64,000 nucleotides of DNA from Mobula birostris (lineage: Eukaryota): NCBI RefSeq assembly GCF_030028105.1, contig NC_092377.1, positions 90,302,569-90,366,568 of the forward strand, written 5' to 3'. A program made the translations under genes and the position numbers. Shown in pieces: positions 12,051-27,639 of the stretch. The first letter of the stretch is position 1. Each line of letters begins with the position of its first letter. The notes beneath the pieces were generated by a model that had not been told where the DNA came from, did not search any database, and worked only from the letters and a program-made list of their open reading frames with translations.

Positions 12051-13979
12051 CAACCTCATCCTCAACCTAGTGCTTTCTGAGATCTTAAAGATCAATCCCT
12101 ACCTCAGCTGAAACTATGATCCTTCCCTTTCAAATAGATTTAGATAGCCCTGCAGCACGGAACACCTAAATGTGAAGAATGGTTTAGTTATGGAATCATA
12201 CATACCAAAACAGCAACTTTGGCCTAACTGGTCCACGGTGACTGGGATATTCCATGCAAGTCCATCCCATTTACAAATGTCTGACCCATACCCCTTGAAA
12301 CTCTCCAATGCCCAACTGTCCTTTAATAGTTGTAATTATACCTGCCTCAACCCCCGATTCCATAGAAATACCACCCTTATGTAAAAACATTTGCCCCTCA
12401 ATTTTCTCTTCAATCGCTCACCTCTCACCTTACACCTCTTCCCTCTAGTTTTTGATTCTGCAACTCTGGGGAAAAGGACTGAGTGAATTCAGTCCATCTA
12501 GATTCCTCATGAGTTTATATACCTCAGTCCTCTTATCTGCTAAGGAATAAAATCTGATTCACATCAATCTCTCCCTGGAACTCAGTACTGTACTTCAAAT
12601 CCTGGCAGTATCCTTGGAAATCTATTTTGGACTTTAACAATGATAAAGTATTCTTCAAGAGGATTTGCTAACCACCAGTGAGCTCAAAAGACAATTCTTA
12701 TTATAATCATCTGTATCATCAGTAAACTGCCTCGGACATCTTCCTTCACAACTTCCCATTTTTACTTACTGAGCTATGTGCTTTCCCATTCTGGTGCAAT
12801 ATTAACACTAAATCTGTATTTCTGCCGAGAACGTTGTTTGGTCTTTATTACATAGAACCTATCAAATGCTGAATATCCTAAATCTGCATAATAAACTGCT
12901 TACTGTGTAGTTCATTTATTAAATGATTGAACTAGAAATCCAGAATAACTGATTTAGGGGCAAGATTTAAATCCCCACATGGCAGCAGGAAATATTTAAA
13001 TTATTTTAATAAAATTACTCTGGGATAAAAAGCTATCAACTGTTTTGGTGATTTTTATGTCTGCCAGTCTTGCAAAATGTAATTAGTATACTAATGTTTA
13101 TTTGAAACACAGAAAGAGGCCTTTTGTGACAAACTCTATCATTCAATACAATCATAATCTCGATACTATAGATATTGATGGCTCTTAATGGCCTTTGCAT
13201 TGAGAAATCTAACTACCTTCCTGAATATATTCAACAGCTTAGAAATAATTCCATAGGTTCACCACCCTCTTCGTAGAAGAAAATAATCTCAATCCTACAA
13301 TAATGCTTTGTTCTAGATTCTGGGATCCACCTGTCTATCTGGTTAGAATTTTTCATTCTTCGAAGCTAATGAACATAGCTGTAAATCAACCCAATCTGTC
13401 ATTACAATTCTGCCTTCCCAGGAACTGGTCTGGTGAACCTTACTCCAATTCCTCAGATAGCAAGTACATCTTTCTGGTAGGGAGAACAAAACTGCACACA
13501 ATGTTGTCTCACCAAGGCCCTATATACAGTTGAAGTCAGAAGTTTACATACACCTTAGCCAAATACATTTCAACTCAGTTTTTCACAATTCCTGACATTT
13601 AATCTTAGAAAACATTCCCTGTCTTAGATCAGTTAGGATCACTACTTTATTTTAAAAATGTGAAATATCAGAATAATAGTAGAGAGAATGAGTTATTTCA
13701 GCTTTTATTTCTTTCATTACTTTCCCAGTGGGTCAGAAGTTTACATACACTTTGTTAGTATTTGGTAGCTTTCCCTTTAAATTGTTTAACTTGGGACAAA
13801 CATTTTGGGTAGCCTTCCACAAGCTTCTCACAGTAAGTTGCTGGAATTCTGTTCAATTTCTCCAGACAGAACTGGTGTAACTGAGTCAGGTTTGTAGGCC
13901 TCCTTGCTCACACACGCTTTTTCAGTTCTGCCCACAAATTTTCTATGGGATTGAGATCAGAAAATGATGTCGTCTGGTT

Positions 13980-16900
13980 CATAGAAACCATAGAAACTAC
14001 AGCACAGAAACAGGCCTTTTGGCCCTTCTTGGCTGTGCCAAACCATTTTCTGCCTAGTCCCACTGACCTGCACATGGACCATATCCCTCCATACACCTCC
14101 CATCCATGTATCTGTCCAACTTATTCTTAAATGTTACAAAAGAACCCGCATTTACCACTTCGTCTGGCAGCTCATTCCATACTCCCACCACTCTCTGTGT
14201 GAAGAAGCCCCCCCAATGTTCCCTTTAAACTTTTCCCCCCTCACCCTTAACCCACGTCCTCTGTTTTTTTTCTCCCCTTGCCTCAGTGGAAAAAGCCTGC
14301 TTGCATTCACTCTATCTATACCCATCATAATTTTATATACCTCTATCAAATCTCCCCTCATTCTTCTACGCTCCAGGGAATAATGTCCTAACCTATTCAA
14401 CCTTTCTCTGTAACTGAGTTTCTCAAGTCCCGGCAACATCCTTGTAAACCTTCTCTGCACTCTTTCAACCTTATTTATATCCTTCCTGTAATTTGGTGAC
14501 CAAAACTGAACACAATACTCCAGATTCGGCCTCACCAATGCCTTATACAACCTCATCATAACATTCCAGTTCTTATACTCAATACTTTGATTAATAAAGG
14601 CCAATGTACCAAAAGCTCTCTTTACGACCCTATCTACCTGTGACGACACTTTTAGGGAATTTTGTATCGGTATTCCCAGATCCCTCTGTTCCACTGCACT
14701 CCTCAGTGCCTTACCATTAACCCTGTATGTTCTACGTTGGTTTGTCCTTCCAACGTGCAATACCTCACACTTGTCAGTATTAAACTCCATCTGCCATTTT
14801 TCAGCCCATTTTTCCAGCTGGTCCAAGTCCCTCTGCAGGCTCTGCAAACCTTCCTCATTGTCTACTACACCTCCAATCTTTGTATCATCAGCAAACTTGC
14901 TGATCCAATTTACCACATTATCATCCAGATCACTGATATAGATGACAAATAACAATGGACCCAGCACTGATCCCTGTGGCACACCACTAGTCACAGGCCT
15001 CCAATCAGAGAAGCAATTCTCTACCACCACTCTCTGGCTTCTTCCAGCGAGCCAATGTCTAATCCAATTTACCACCTCTCCATGTATACCTAGCGACTGA
15101 ATTTTCCTAACTAACCTCCCATGCGGGACCTTGTCAAAGGCCTTACTGAAGTCCATGTAGACAATATCCACTGCCTTCCCTTCATCCACTTTCCTGGTAA
15201 CCTCCTTGAAAAACTCCAACAGATTGGTCAAACATGACCTACCACGCACAAAGCCATGTTGACTCTCCCTAATAAGCCCCTGTCTATCCAAATGCTTGTA
15301 GATTCTGTCTCTTAGTACTGCCTCCAATAACTTACCTACTACTGACATTAAACTCACCGGCCTATAATTTCCCGGATTACTTTTCGATCCTTTTTTAAAC
15401 AACGGAACAACATGAGCCACTCTCCAATCCTCCGGCACTTCACCCGTAGACAGCGACATTTTAAATATTTCTGCCAGGGCCCCCACAATTTCAACACTAG
15501 TCTCCTTCAAGGTCCGAGGGAACACTCGGTCAGGTCCTGGGGATTTATCCACTTTAATTTTCCTCAAGACAGCAAGCACCTCCTCCTTTTCAATCTGTAC
15601 AGTTTCCATGGTCTCACTACTTGATTCCCTCAATTCCATAGATTTCATGCCAGCTTCCTTAGTAAATACAGACACAAAAAACCTATTTAAGATCTCCTCC
15701 GTTTCCTTTGGTTCCGCACAAAGCCAACCACTCTGATCTTCAAGAGGACCAATTTTATCCCTTACAATCCTTTTGCTCTTAATATACTTGTAAAAGCTCT
15801 TTGGATTATCCTTCACTTTGACTGCCAAGGCAACCTCATGTCTTCTTTTAGCCCTCCTGATTTCTTTCTTAAGTATTTTCTTGCACTCCTTATACTCCTC
15901 AAGCACCTGATTTACCCCGTTTCCTATACATTTCATACAACTCCCTCTTCTTCTTTATCAGAGTTGCAATATCCCTTGAGAACCAAGGTTCCTTATTCCT
16001 ATTCAATTTGCCTTTAATCCTGACAGGAACATACAAACTCTGCACTCTCAAAATTTCCCCTTTGAAGGCTTCCCACCTACCAATCACATCTTTGCCAGAG
16101 AACAACCTGTCCCAATCCACGCTTTTTAGATCCTTTCTCATTTCTTCAAATTTGGCCTTCTTCCAGTTCAGAACCTCAACCCTAGGACCAGATCTATCCT
16201 TGTCCATGATCAAATTGAAACTAATGGTGTTATGATCACTGGAACCAAAGTGCTCCCCTACACAGACTATCGTCACTTGCCCTAATTCGTTTCCTAACAG
16301 GAGATCCAATATTGCAACCCCTCTAGTTGGTCCCTCTATATATTGATTTAGAAAACTTTCCTGAACACATTTTACAAACTCTAAACCATCTAGACCCCTA
16401 ACAGTATGGGAGTCCCAATCAATGTATGGAAAATTAAAATCCCCTACCACCACAACTTTATGTTTCCCACAGTTGCCTGCTATCTCTCTGCAGATTTGCT
16501 CTTCCAAGTCTCGTTGGCTATTGGGTGGTCTGTAATACAATCCCACTAATGTGGCCATACCTTTCCTGTTTCTTAGCTCCACCCATAAGGACTCAGTAGA
16601 CAAGCCCTCTAATCTGTCCTGCCTGAGCACTGCTGTAATATTTTCCCTAACAAGCAATGCTACTCCCCCACCTTTCATTGCTCTGCCTCGATCACATCTG
16701 AAACATCAGAACCCTGGAATATTAAGCTGCCAGTCCTGCCCCTCCTGTAGCCAAGTTTCACTAATTGCTACAACATCATAATTCCACATGTCAATCCACG
16801 CCCTCAACTCATCCGCCTTCCCCGCAATACTCCTAGCATTGAAATATATACACCTCAGAAGATTTTTACCACTCACAACCTTTCTATCAGCGGATTTGCT

Positions 16901-17249
16901 TAAACCTTCAACATCATTTATTTTCACCCCAGCCACACTGTCAACTCTGGCACTCTGGTTCCCATCCCCCTGCAAATCTAGTTTAAAGCCTCCCCAATAG
17001 CACTAACAAACCTCCCTGAAAGGATATTGGTCCCCCTGTGGTTCAAGTGTAACCCGTCTCTCTTGTACAGGTCCCACCTGCCCCAGAAGAGGTCCCAATG
17101 ATCCTGAAATCTGAAACCCTGCCCCCTACACCAGTTCCTCAGCCACTTGTTCCTCCTCCAGAGCATCCTATTCCTACCCTCACTGGCACCTAGCACAGGT
17201 AGCAATCCTGAGATTACCACCCTTGAGGTCCTGCCTTTCAACTTCCTAC

Positions 17250-17250
<1 letters not shown>
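13980..17250 (-). mobile_element. Young CR1 LINE: ORF1 SGNH-esterase 3' part, ORF2 APE + RT, 3' tail
   Basis: ORF1 VVISGLLP..DHWDLFWGR..DGLHLN; APE YFNARSI, VGDFN, SDHN; RT ORF of 594 aa with NYRPVSL, QHGF, DFSKAFDKV, GVPQGSVLGP, FADD; (GTTTCTATG) tail at 13980-13998; only a few frameshifts. Confidence 0.95.
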
Positions 17251-18196
<946 letters not shown>

Positions 18197-19209
18197 AAAG
18201 TGTATGTAAACTTCTGACCCACTGGGAAAGTAATGAAAGAAATAAAAGCTGAAATAACTCATTCTCTCTACTATTATTCTGATATTTCACATTCTTACAA
18301 TAAAGTAGTGATCCTAACTGATCTAAGACAGGGAATGTTTTCTAAGATTAAATGTCAGGAATTGTGAAAAACTGAGTTGAAATGTATTTGGCTAAGGTGT
18401 ATGTAAACTTCTGACTTCAACTGTAACTGTGGCAAAACATTCTTGCTCTTATATTCAAATCTATTTACCATCTCAACAGCTCACCTCACCTGTATCGTTT
18501 TCAGTAATTGCTGTACAAGGCTCCCAAGTACCTCAAATTTACATAATCTATTATTAAAATAATATTCTGCCTAGTCCTGTAAAGATTTTCTAAGTGTCCT
18601 ATTATCACAGCCTTTATAATTGACTTCTGCATTTTCTCTACTAATATTAGGTCTAAATTTCTTGGTTTTTATTCTCTCCCTCCCGACGTTGTAGACTTCC
18701 GCATGCAGATAATAATCCTTGGGAATTCATTAGCATTCAGTTCCATTAATTTCTCCAGCATAACTTAAAAAAAAGAACTAATGTCCCCCTTTCCGTTAGA
18801 CCCCTGGCTCCCCAGCATTACTGGAAAGTCATTTATGTTCTCTCTCATGAAGACAGAAAGAAAGTACTACTTTAACTGTGACAGTTCTTTCCCATTATTA
18901 ATTCTCCCGTTTGCGACTGTAAATTACTAAATTAGAAAGTTTTCTACCTTAACTATCCAGACTAATCTATCCAGAAAGAAACTATTAGCAAACTGTGACA
19001 TTCCTTTCCCATAATTAATTGTTTGTGACTGTAGAGGACCGAATTTGAAAATTTTCCGGCTTAACTGGTCTGACCACAAGGAGAATCCAAACTAATATGC
19101 TATTTTTAACTGGTTCTTCTAGATGTGTGAACAATTCATTCCCCTGAATATGATTTACTAATAGCCATTACATCTTCTCAACCTATAAACAATACATTAA
19201 AAACTGTAT

Positions 19210-20419
19210 GCAACACACATAAAAATTGCTGGTGAACGCAGCAGGCCAGGCAGCATCTCTAGGAAGAGGTACAGTTGACGTTTCAGGCCGAGATCCTTCG
19301 TCGGGACTAACTGAAAGAAGAGATGGTAAGAGATTTGAAAGTGGGAGGGGGAGATCCGAAATGATAGGAGAAGACAGGAGGGGGAGGGATGAAGCTAAGA
19401 GCTGGAAAGTTGATTGGAAAAAGGGATATGAGAGGATCATGGGATGGGAGGAGGAGGAGGGGGGAAACCCAGAGGATGGGCAAGGGGTATAGTGAGAGGG
19501 ACAGAGGGAGAAAAAGAGAGAGAGAAAAAAAAAAATATATATATATAATAATAATAATAATAAATAAATAACGGATGGGGTACGAAGGGGAGGTGGGGCA
19601 TTAATGGAAGTTAGAGAAGTCAATGTTCATGCCACCTGGTTGGCGTCTACCCAGATGGAATATAAGGTGTTGTTCCTCCAACCTGAGTGTGGCTTCATCT
19701 TGACAGTAGAGGAGGCCGTGGATAGACATATCAGAATGGGAATGGGATGTGGAATTAAAATGTGTGGCCACTGGGAGATCCTGCTTTCTCTGGCGGACAG
19801 AGCGTAGGTGTTCAGCGAAACGATCTCCCAGTCTGCATTGGGTCTCGCCAATGTATAGAAGGCCACATTGGGAGCACCGGACGCAGTATATCACCCCAGC
19901 CGACTCACAGGTGAAGTGTCGCCTCACCTGGAAGGACTGTCTGGGGCCCTGAATGGTGGTAAGGGAGGAAGTGTAAGGGCATGTGTAGCACTTGTTCCGC
20001 TTACAAAGATAAGTGCCGGGAGGGAGATCGGTGGGAAGGGATGGGCGGGACGAATGGACAAGGGAGTCGCGTAGGGAGCAATCCCTGCGGAAAGCAGAGG
20101 GGGGTGGGAGAGATGTGCTTAGTGGTGGGATCCCGTTGGAGGTGGCGGAAGTTACGAGAATTATATGTTGGACCCGGAGGCTGGTGGGGTGGTAGGTGAG
20201 GACCAGGGGAACCCTATTCCTAGTGGGGTGGTGGGAGGATGGGGTGAGAGCAGATGTGCGTGAAATGGGAGAGATGCGTTTGAGAGCAGAGTTGATGGTG
20301 GAGGAAGGGAAGCCCCTTTCTTTAAAAAATAGAGGACATCTCCTTCGGCCTGGAATGAAAAGCCTCATCCTGACAGCAGATGCGGCGGAGACAGAGGAAT
20401 TGCGAGAAGGGAATGGCAT
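19210..20419 (-). mobile_element. Penelope-like element, 5'-truncated (GIY-YIG region and 3' end)
   Basis: Closely matches 5270-6499; GVIYCVRCSQCGLLYIGET; 13-bp direct repeat TTAAAAACTGTAT at 19197-19209 and 20420-20432. Confidence 0.93.
19273..19308 (-). ncRNA. Hammerhead ribozyme motif with a core mutation
   Basis: Minus strand AGTC-CCGACGA-AGG atctcgg CCT-GAAA-CGTC-AACT. Confidence 0.55.
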
Positions 20420-22185
20420 TTAAAAACTGTATTCACAGTTGTAATGTAAAACAACTGCTAAATTGTACAGTATTTTCTCTCTTAATAATAACCAGTTTCT
20501 TAGGTGATATCAGACGAATGATAAATATTGGCCACAATATTACACTTACATTGCATTAGGATCTTTCTTTCCCCCTTTGCCCCCGCACCCCAATAGAGTA
20601 ACCTGGCTAGAGTCTTTGTTTCACAAAAAAAGATGGTATTTCCGAAGTCCTACAATTCAGCTGAGAGCATGTGCTCATGTCTTTGGAGTGGACTTAAACA
20701 TTGGTTCCGCAATGAAGCTGCTAGCAGTTGACCATTTTCTAGCTACGGTATTCTTGATATTTAAAAAAAACTGATGGTTACAAAGAGGACATTTATAAAT
20801 TTCTTGAGAAATCCTTAATTCATTACAATCAGTAAACAGTTTCCAAATTAGAGGCAGGTAGTTCAATGGCTTATAGGGTTATGGAATGACTTCCACATCT
20901 GAAAAAATGTAATCCAGCAATGAAAATAAATAGGAAAATGATCTTTCCTCACAGTGTATCCATGATTCCATTTCAAGCTGCAGTGTTATTAGATCAGGAA
21001 CAGGGATTTATGTCCAATCAAAAGCAAAGAAAGAGAGCTTCAGCTGTCAGAGGCCTAATCCCGCCTAGAACAGTAGGGAGTCTGAGCCATTGAACCATAC
21101 ATTGGTTTCAGTGCTGTAATGATTCACCTGAATAACTCTAGGACTTAAAAGGCAGTCGTGTTCCTTTGAATTTAGAAGACGCAAGTTGATTTGTAGGCAT
21201 ATTTGGATTACAGAGAAATCCAAGACTTGAATTTGATTACATATATACGCCATTTAAGTTTTTTTGTTAAAGTTGAATTGTTTGTTGCAAAGTCTGATGT
21301 TGCACTCCCTCAGTTAGAGAAGATTAAAAGAATGCATTTTTAACAATTCATTCATTCGTTCAGGTGCCTTGCCGTTCAACGTGGGTGATCATGTCTCTCC
21401 ATCCATCATGGTCCCTGACCCTCTGAATTGTAGTTGTTGCCTCCCCTGTTTCTAACCATGATGTTACTCCATCTATCATTTTCATTCTCTGTCTGCCTCT
21501 GCTTCTTTTTCCTTCCAGCTTTCCAGTTGTAACTAAATGTTTTAATGTCTCTCTTCGCGTGATGTGTCCAAAGAATTTTGATTGCTGTTTTCTGATTTTT
21601 TGAAGTAATGTACGTTTTGTTTTCGTTCTCTGTAGAACTTCTTCGTTGGTTATCAGGTCCGTATATGATAGGCATAGCATTCTTCTGAGGAACCACATCT
21701 CTGCTGCATTGATTCTTTTTTCCATTGCATTTGTGATGGTCCATGACTGCAGCCATACATCAATGTAGGAAGAATGTAGCAGCTGAGAATTCTAAGGCGG
21801 ATGTCAATTGCTATTTTCTTGTTCGTTAGACTGTTTCTCATTTCTGTAAATGCTGTTCTTGCCATTGCTATTCTTGCTTTTATGTCTGTATCGCATTTGC
21901 CATCAGATGTTACCCATGATCCAAGGTACTTGCAGTTGTGAACTTGTTTCAGGATTTCATTTCCCAATATGATCCCACAGTTTGGGATATCAGGTTTCTT
22001 TGGTATTACCATTACTTCAGTTTTCTTTTTGTTTAAGGTGAGGCCAAGTCTTTCGCTCTCTGTGTTGATGGTAGATATTAGTTTCTGTAAATTTACTTCA
22101 CTGTTTGCTATCAGTACTGTATCATCCACATAACGGAGGTTATTGATATTGTATCCTCCTATACTTATTCCAGGTAGGTCTTGTA

Positions 22186-23056
22186 TAGTCATAGTCATAC
22201 TTTATTGATCCTGGGGGAAATTGGTTTTCATTACAGTTGCACCATAAATAATAAATAGTAATAGCACCATAAATAGTTAAACAGTAATATGTAAATTATA
22301 CCAGTAAATTATGAAATAAGTCCAGGACCAGCCTATCGGCACAGGGTGTCTGACCCTCCAAGGGAGGAGTTGTAAAGTTTGATGGCCACGGACAGGAATG
22401 ACCTCCTATGACACTCTGTGCTGCATCTTGGAGGAATGAGTCTCTGGCTGAATGTACTCCTGTGCGCACCCAGTACATTATGTAGTGGATGGGAGACATT
22501 GACCAAGATGGCATGCAACTTAGACAGCATCCTCTTTTCAGACGCCACCGTGAGAGAGTCCAGTTCCATCCCCACAACATCACTGGCCTTACAAATGAGT
22601 TTGTTGATTCTGTTGGTGTCTGCTACCCTCAGCCTGCTGCCCCAGCACACAACAGCGAACATGATAGCACTGGCCACCACAGACTCGTAGAACATCCTCA
22701 GCATCATCCGGCAGATGTTAAAGGACCTCAGTCTCCTCAGGAAATAGAGATGGCTCTGACCCTTCTTGTAGACAGCCTCAGTGTTCTTTGACCAGTCCAG
22801 TTTATTGTCAATTCGTATCCCCAGGTATTTGTAATCCTCCACCATGTCTACACTGACCCCCTGGATGGAAACAGGGGTCACCAGTACCTTAGCTCTCCTC
22901 AGGTCTACCACCAGCTCCTTAGTCTTTTTCACATTAAGCTGCAGATAATTCTGCTCACACCATGTGATAAAGTTTCCTACTGTAGCCCTGTACTCAGCCT
23001 CATCTCCCTTGCTGATGCATCCAGCTATGGCAGAGTCATCCGAAAACTTCTGATGA
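22186..23056 (-). mobile_element. Rex1/Babar-type LINE 3' fragment inserted in the RTE
   Basis: HLQLNVKKTKELVVDLRR, YKYLG, LYFLRRLRSFN, HPLH; (GACTAT)n tail at ~22186-22200; the RTE frame resumes on both sides. Confidence 0.8.
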
Positions 23057-23321
23057 TGGTTCTCATGATGTTTTCACCGTACAGGGAGAACAGGTCTGAT
23101 GATAGAACACAACCCTGTCTGACTCTTCACTTTATTGGCTGATATTCACCAATCTCATTGTCTATCCGTATGGCTGCACTTTGTTGCCAGTAGAGATTCC
23201 TTATTATTCTTGGATCTTTTCTGTCGATATTAATATCTTTAAGAATTTTCATGATGACTTGTGTTTCACTGTGTCAAAGGCTTTTGTGTAGTCAATGAAA
23301 CAGAAGTATTGGTCTTCTTGT

Positions 23322-24120
23322 TGTGACACCAAACCAAGCTATTGGACGATTGATGCTAATAAGAGAGATAAGAGAGACAATGGAGAAACATTCAAAATGC
23401 TAATAAGAGAGGAGAGAGGGATTAACGGAAAAGAAACACAATTCAGAATATTGACAGACTGGTTGCTTTGAACCTGAACTGTTTGAAGTTTGATGGACAG
23501 GTGATACCCCAGCGGGGGGGATAAAAAGAGCAGGTTTGCTAAGGCACGACACACCACGAGACAACGATAACCTGGAAAGAGCGGTGTGCCCCACAAGTGG
23601 TGGGAGTTTGGAGGTCCAGTTCGCGGGAACCGACCATAGGCTCACAGGGTGTAAAGGTACGATCGGTGGGAACCTGGTGTGTGTCTCTGCCCTTGCCTGG
23701 GTGCCGGGTTCACCGCAGAAGAACGATCGTATCCGGAACGGAGGGGTCACAGTCGGTGACCACAGCGGGATAGAAGACATCAAAGGTCTACCTAAACCAA
23801 ACTGCATCCCCCGCCTTTCTCTCTCTCCAATGGTACAGCAGTGATTACTGCGAACTGCACTAAGCTGAAATGAACTCCGCATCACTGTAAGACTGATCAT
23901 TTTACCCCCAGACTGCGATAGAGCTTGGTTGATTCCTATTACCCTAGTTCTGTGTATAGGTGTGTATTATCATTGCTAACCTGTTACATTTATATCCTTA
24001 CGATTAGAGCACTGTATTATTTTGTTTCTTTAATAAAACTTTATTAGTTCCTAGTAATCCGGACTCCAACAAGTGTTCCATTTCTGCTGGTTTGGCAACC
24101 CAGTTACGGGGTATGTAACA
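23322..24120 (+). mobile_element. Solo LTR (Gypsy/ERV-type), 799 bp
   Basis: TGTGACA...TGTAACA termini; 4-bp target duplication TTGT at 23318-23321 and 24121-24124; internal AATAAA at ~24032; interrupts the RTE RT frame. Confidence 0.85.
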
Positions 24121-25399
24121 TTGTACTTCTATTGGCCTTTCGATAATATTCCTGAGAATATAAGTGGAGTTTGATGTTCCCTTGCCTTCGACAAAGCCAC
24201 ACTGTTCTTCACTGATCTCCGGTTTAATTTTGTTTCTTATTCTGAACATGATGATTCTAAGTAGAATTTTTGTGAGGTGGCTCATTAAACTAATTGTTCT
24301 GTGTTGTGCACCTGGTTTCTTTGGCAGTGCAATGGATACTGTCTTTAAAAGATCTTCTGGTACTTTGCCACTGTTGTATATTCTATTCAATAAGATTGTT
24401 AATTTCTCTACACCAAAATCTTCTAGTGCTTCATACAGTTCAACCGGAATGTTATCTGGTCCTGACGATTTCCCATTTTGCATTTTCTTCATATCATGTT
24501 CCACTTCTTCTTTCAGTATTGCTGGGCCCTCGTTGTTGTTGCCAATATCACAGTCGTCCTCTCGGTCTTTGTTGTTGTATAGGTCTTTGAAGTATTCTGA
24601 CCATCTTTGCATTATTTTTTCTTTTTCCATAATTGTAGAGCCATCTTTTGCTTTTATACATCCTGTTGTTGCCCTGCTTTTCTTCCGATTTGTGACCTCT
24701 TTGATCTCGTCGTGCATACGTCTGCTGCTGTTGGTTTTCTGCAATTGTTCTATTAACTCACATTTGTCCTTATGCCACTTTTCTTTTGCTTCCTTGCACT
24801 TGGTTGTTATCTGTGCATGCAAGGATACGTAGGCTTTTTCGTTTTCCTTACATTTTCTTCTTTGTTCCATAAGATTCAGAATTTCTTCTGTCATCCATTT
24901 CTTTTTAGCTTTTTTCTGTTGTTTGGGATTCACCTCTTGTGCTGCTTGTATTATACTGTCTCTGAGGTTTTCCCATTGCTGTTCTATAATAGTGATGTTT
25001 TATAGAGCCTCGAATTTGTTCTTCACTGTTATTTGGAATTCATTTTTGATGTCACTGTTTTTTCTCAAAAGTCCCAATTTCAGCTTTGGCTGTACTCTTG
25101 GTCTTTTAAGCTTTCTGAGTCTCAGGTACAGAACGCTGATTATTGGTACGTGATCACTGTAGCAGTCTGCACCTGGATATGTTTTGCATGATTTCAGAGC
25201 ATTTCTATACCTTCTCCTTATAAGCACATAATCAATCTGGTTTCTGGTGTTATCTCCTGGGCTCTTCCATGTCTATAGTTTTCTTGGGTGTTGCTTGAAG
25301 ACTGTATTACCAATTATATAATCTTTTTCCGTGACCCTGTAGCTAGTCGTTCACCTCTCTCATTTCTCTCACTTATGCCATAATGCCCAATTTTTAACA

Positions 25400-25610
25400 A
25401 TATGCTGGGAAAAACTCAGCAAGTCAGGCAACACCAATGGTGAAGGAAACAGAGTTATTGGTTCAGGTCAACCGTCTTCATCAGCGTCCTCCATCAGAGC
25501 AAGGTTTGCAAGAAATGGCATTGACTGTAATTGTTAACTCAGTCATAGATGCTGCCTGACCTGCTGAGCATTAGGCATTCTCTACTTTATTCCAATTTCT
25601 GGTATCAGCA
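25400..25610. mobile_element. Short fold-back element derived from PLE ends
   Basis: Inverted arms atgctgg..actcagcaagtcaggca / tgcctgacctgctgagcatt. Confidence 0.55.
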
Positions 25611-27639
25611 GCTTTTGGGAAAAGATTAAGGAATAATTTAGTAAAGGTGTTCACAGTTGCAAAACACTTTTACTACGCAGTAAAGGGAAGCTTCCATCAG
25701 TGGAAGTCAACGATATTAATTCGCAAAGAAACCAGGAAGGGGAGAATGAGATTTCTCCCTGCAGTGTTTGATTGAAAACCCTTTGGATAATGCTATTGTG
25801 GAATCAGACACAACTTCAATAAAATTGAAAAGTATGGTTGAAAAGTGAGTAAGGTGCAGGAGTATGAGGAAAGAGCAGGGAAAGTAGGATCAATTGTACA
25901 ATCATAGAATCAAGGCCACAGCATGGAAACAGGCTTTTCAAGCCACTAACTACTCATTTATACTAATCCTACTTTAATTCCATCATTATTCTCCCCATAT
26001 TCCCATCAACTTCCCCCAGATTCTAACACTCACCTACACTCTAGAGGCAACTTAGTGGCCAAGTAACCCATCACCCAATATATCCCTGGAACGTAGAAGA
26101 AAATTGGTGCACCCAGAGGAAATCCACACACTTAGAGGTAATATATGCAAAATCCATACAGACGACACTGAAGGTTAGGATTGTAGTCAGCATTGGACTG
26201 GGAGGGAATATTTCTACCTGTTACACCACAGTGCTGTCCAAGTGATCAGCATAAAGAACAGTGAAGTCATTGGGCTCTGTTATCACATGAATGAAGTCAC
26301 TAGAGAAAATTATTGGTAGATACAAAACGGCTTCTTTATTTGACAAAACAAGGTACAGGAGGCATCATATGGAGATGCTTTCAGTCCAAAGGTCTGCCGG
26401 CCCAATGTGGGGCTTGATATTTTATGTGCCAAACATCAAAGGACAACTCCATACTTACAATATACGGACAATGGTTTCTTTGAAACCACATACAACCCTC
26501 ACACCTCCTGATTCACATCCACACCACAGGCATCCAAATGAATATTAATCAGCGTTGTCTGGACTGGGAATCACAGCTTTTAGGACCCACTGTTCAGAGC
26601 TGCACTCCAAATTAAATCCACAATACATTTTCAGATGTGAAGATTGGTAGCCAAAGTCAATTGATAAATGTATGTGTCCTAAACCCAAAAATCACTCTAA
26701 CAGGCTCCTCCCGTTTGTAAAATATTTTATTCTGCTAGCCAAAGAACAAAAGAATACAGCAGTCCTAAATTACCAAGCTCCAGAGGGAAGCTTCACATAT
26801 ATCCTTAAATTACAAGCTAGAGCAATGAGATTCCCCGTAACATTTGTAATGGGAGTGGCTGAAAGGAAGCGACCAAGCAGTTCCATAGTCTATAACTTTC
26901 TACGGTCTTGGTGAAATGCTGTGTTACATACATCACCGATTCCACCACCCAAGAGTATTCATCACAAGCAACACTAATTTAATTTTGTACTTTCCAGCCT
27001 CATAATGAGATGCAAGATGAATACTTAACTAAAATACTATTGCTTTCATGGCCTGAGTATCATTACGCTGAAACATGTTCTGCATGACACTTAATCACAT
27101 TATAGATAATTATGGCAAATGTGCATCTGGGAATCTCAATTCAGATGATCTACTTATAGAATTAAGTTGTTCTTCAGCAAGCCTATGTGACTATTGTCCT
27201 AGGCATCAACCATTGTCTGCATTCATTTGTAAGTTAATTACACGAGAGCTCTTATGTACCTCTAAACAGTTGCATTAGAAAATTACTTACCTTCCACATT
27301 AGTCAGAGTACTCTGCTATATGCATATGTTAAAGAACTCATTGTTTATAGTTACTCCTCTGTAATTCCTGCTAGATGGATTATTAACATGCATCAGGCTT
27401 GCAGGGCCAGGTGTCTTCTCAAACTCTTCAATTTACCTTTGTGCAATAAAGTTTCCAAAACACTACTTGCACAGGAGCTAAACTGAGTAGGCATGTCCAT
27501 CACCGACCCCTCCAAGGTCTGCAGGAGTAGAGGGAAGTTACCCACCTTTAATAGCCTAGGTCTCAAATGCCTTCTGCACCAATAATCAGTGGCTGCTGTT
27601 CTCAAGATGCTCCGACCACAAGGTGATAACTACAGAGAG

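Larger units (their letters stand above)
21347..25390 (-). mobile_element. RTE-clade LINE (APE + RT), decayed, with two nested insertions
   Basis: APE YRNALKSCKTYPGADCYSDH; RT HRTISLMSH, EEQCGF, FIDYTKAFD, INNLRYVDD, INAAEMWFLRRML; (GAAT)n tail at ~21347-21360. Confidence 0.9.
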
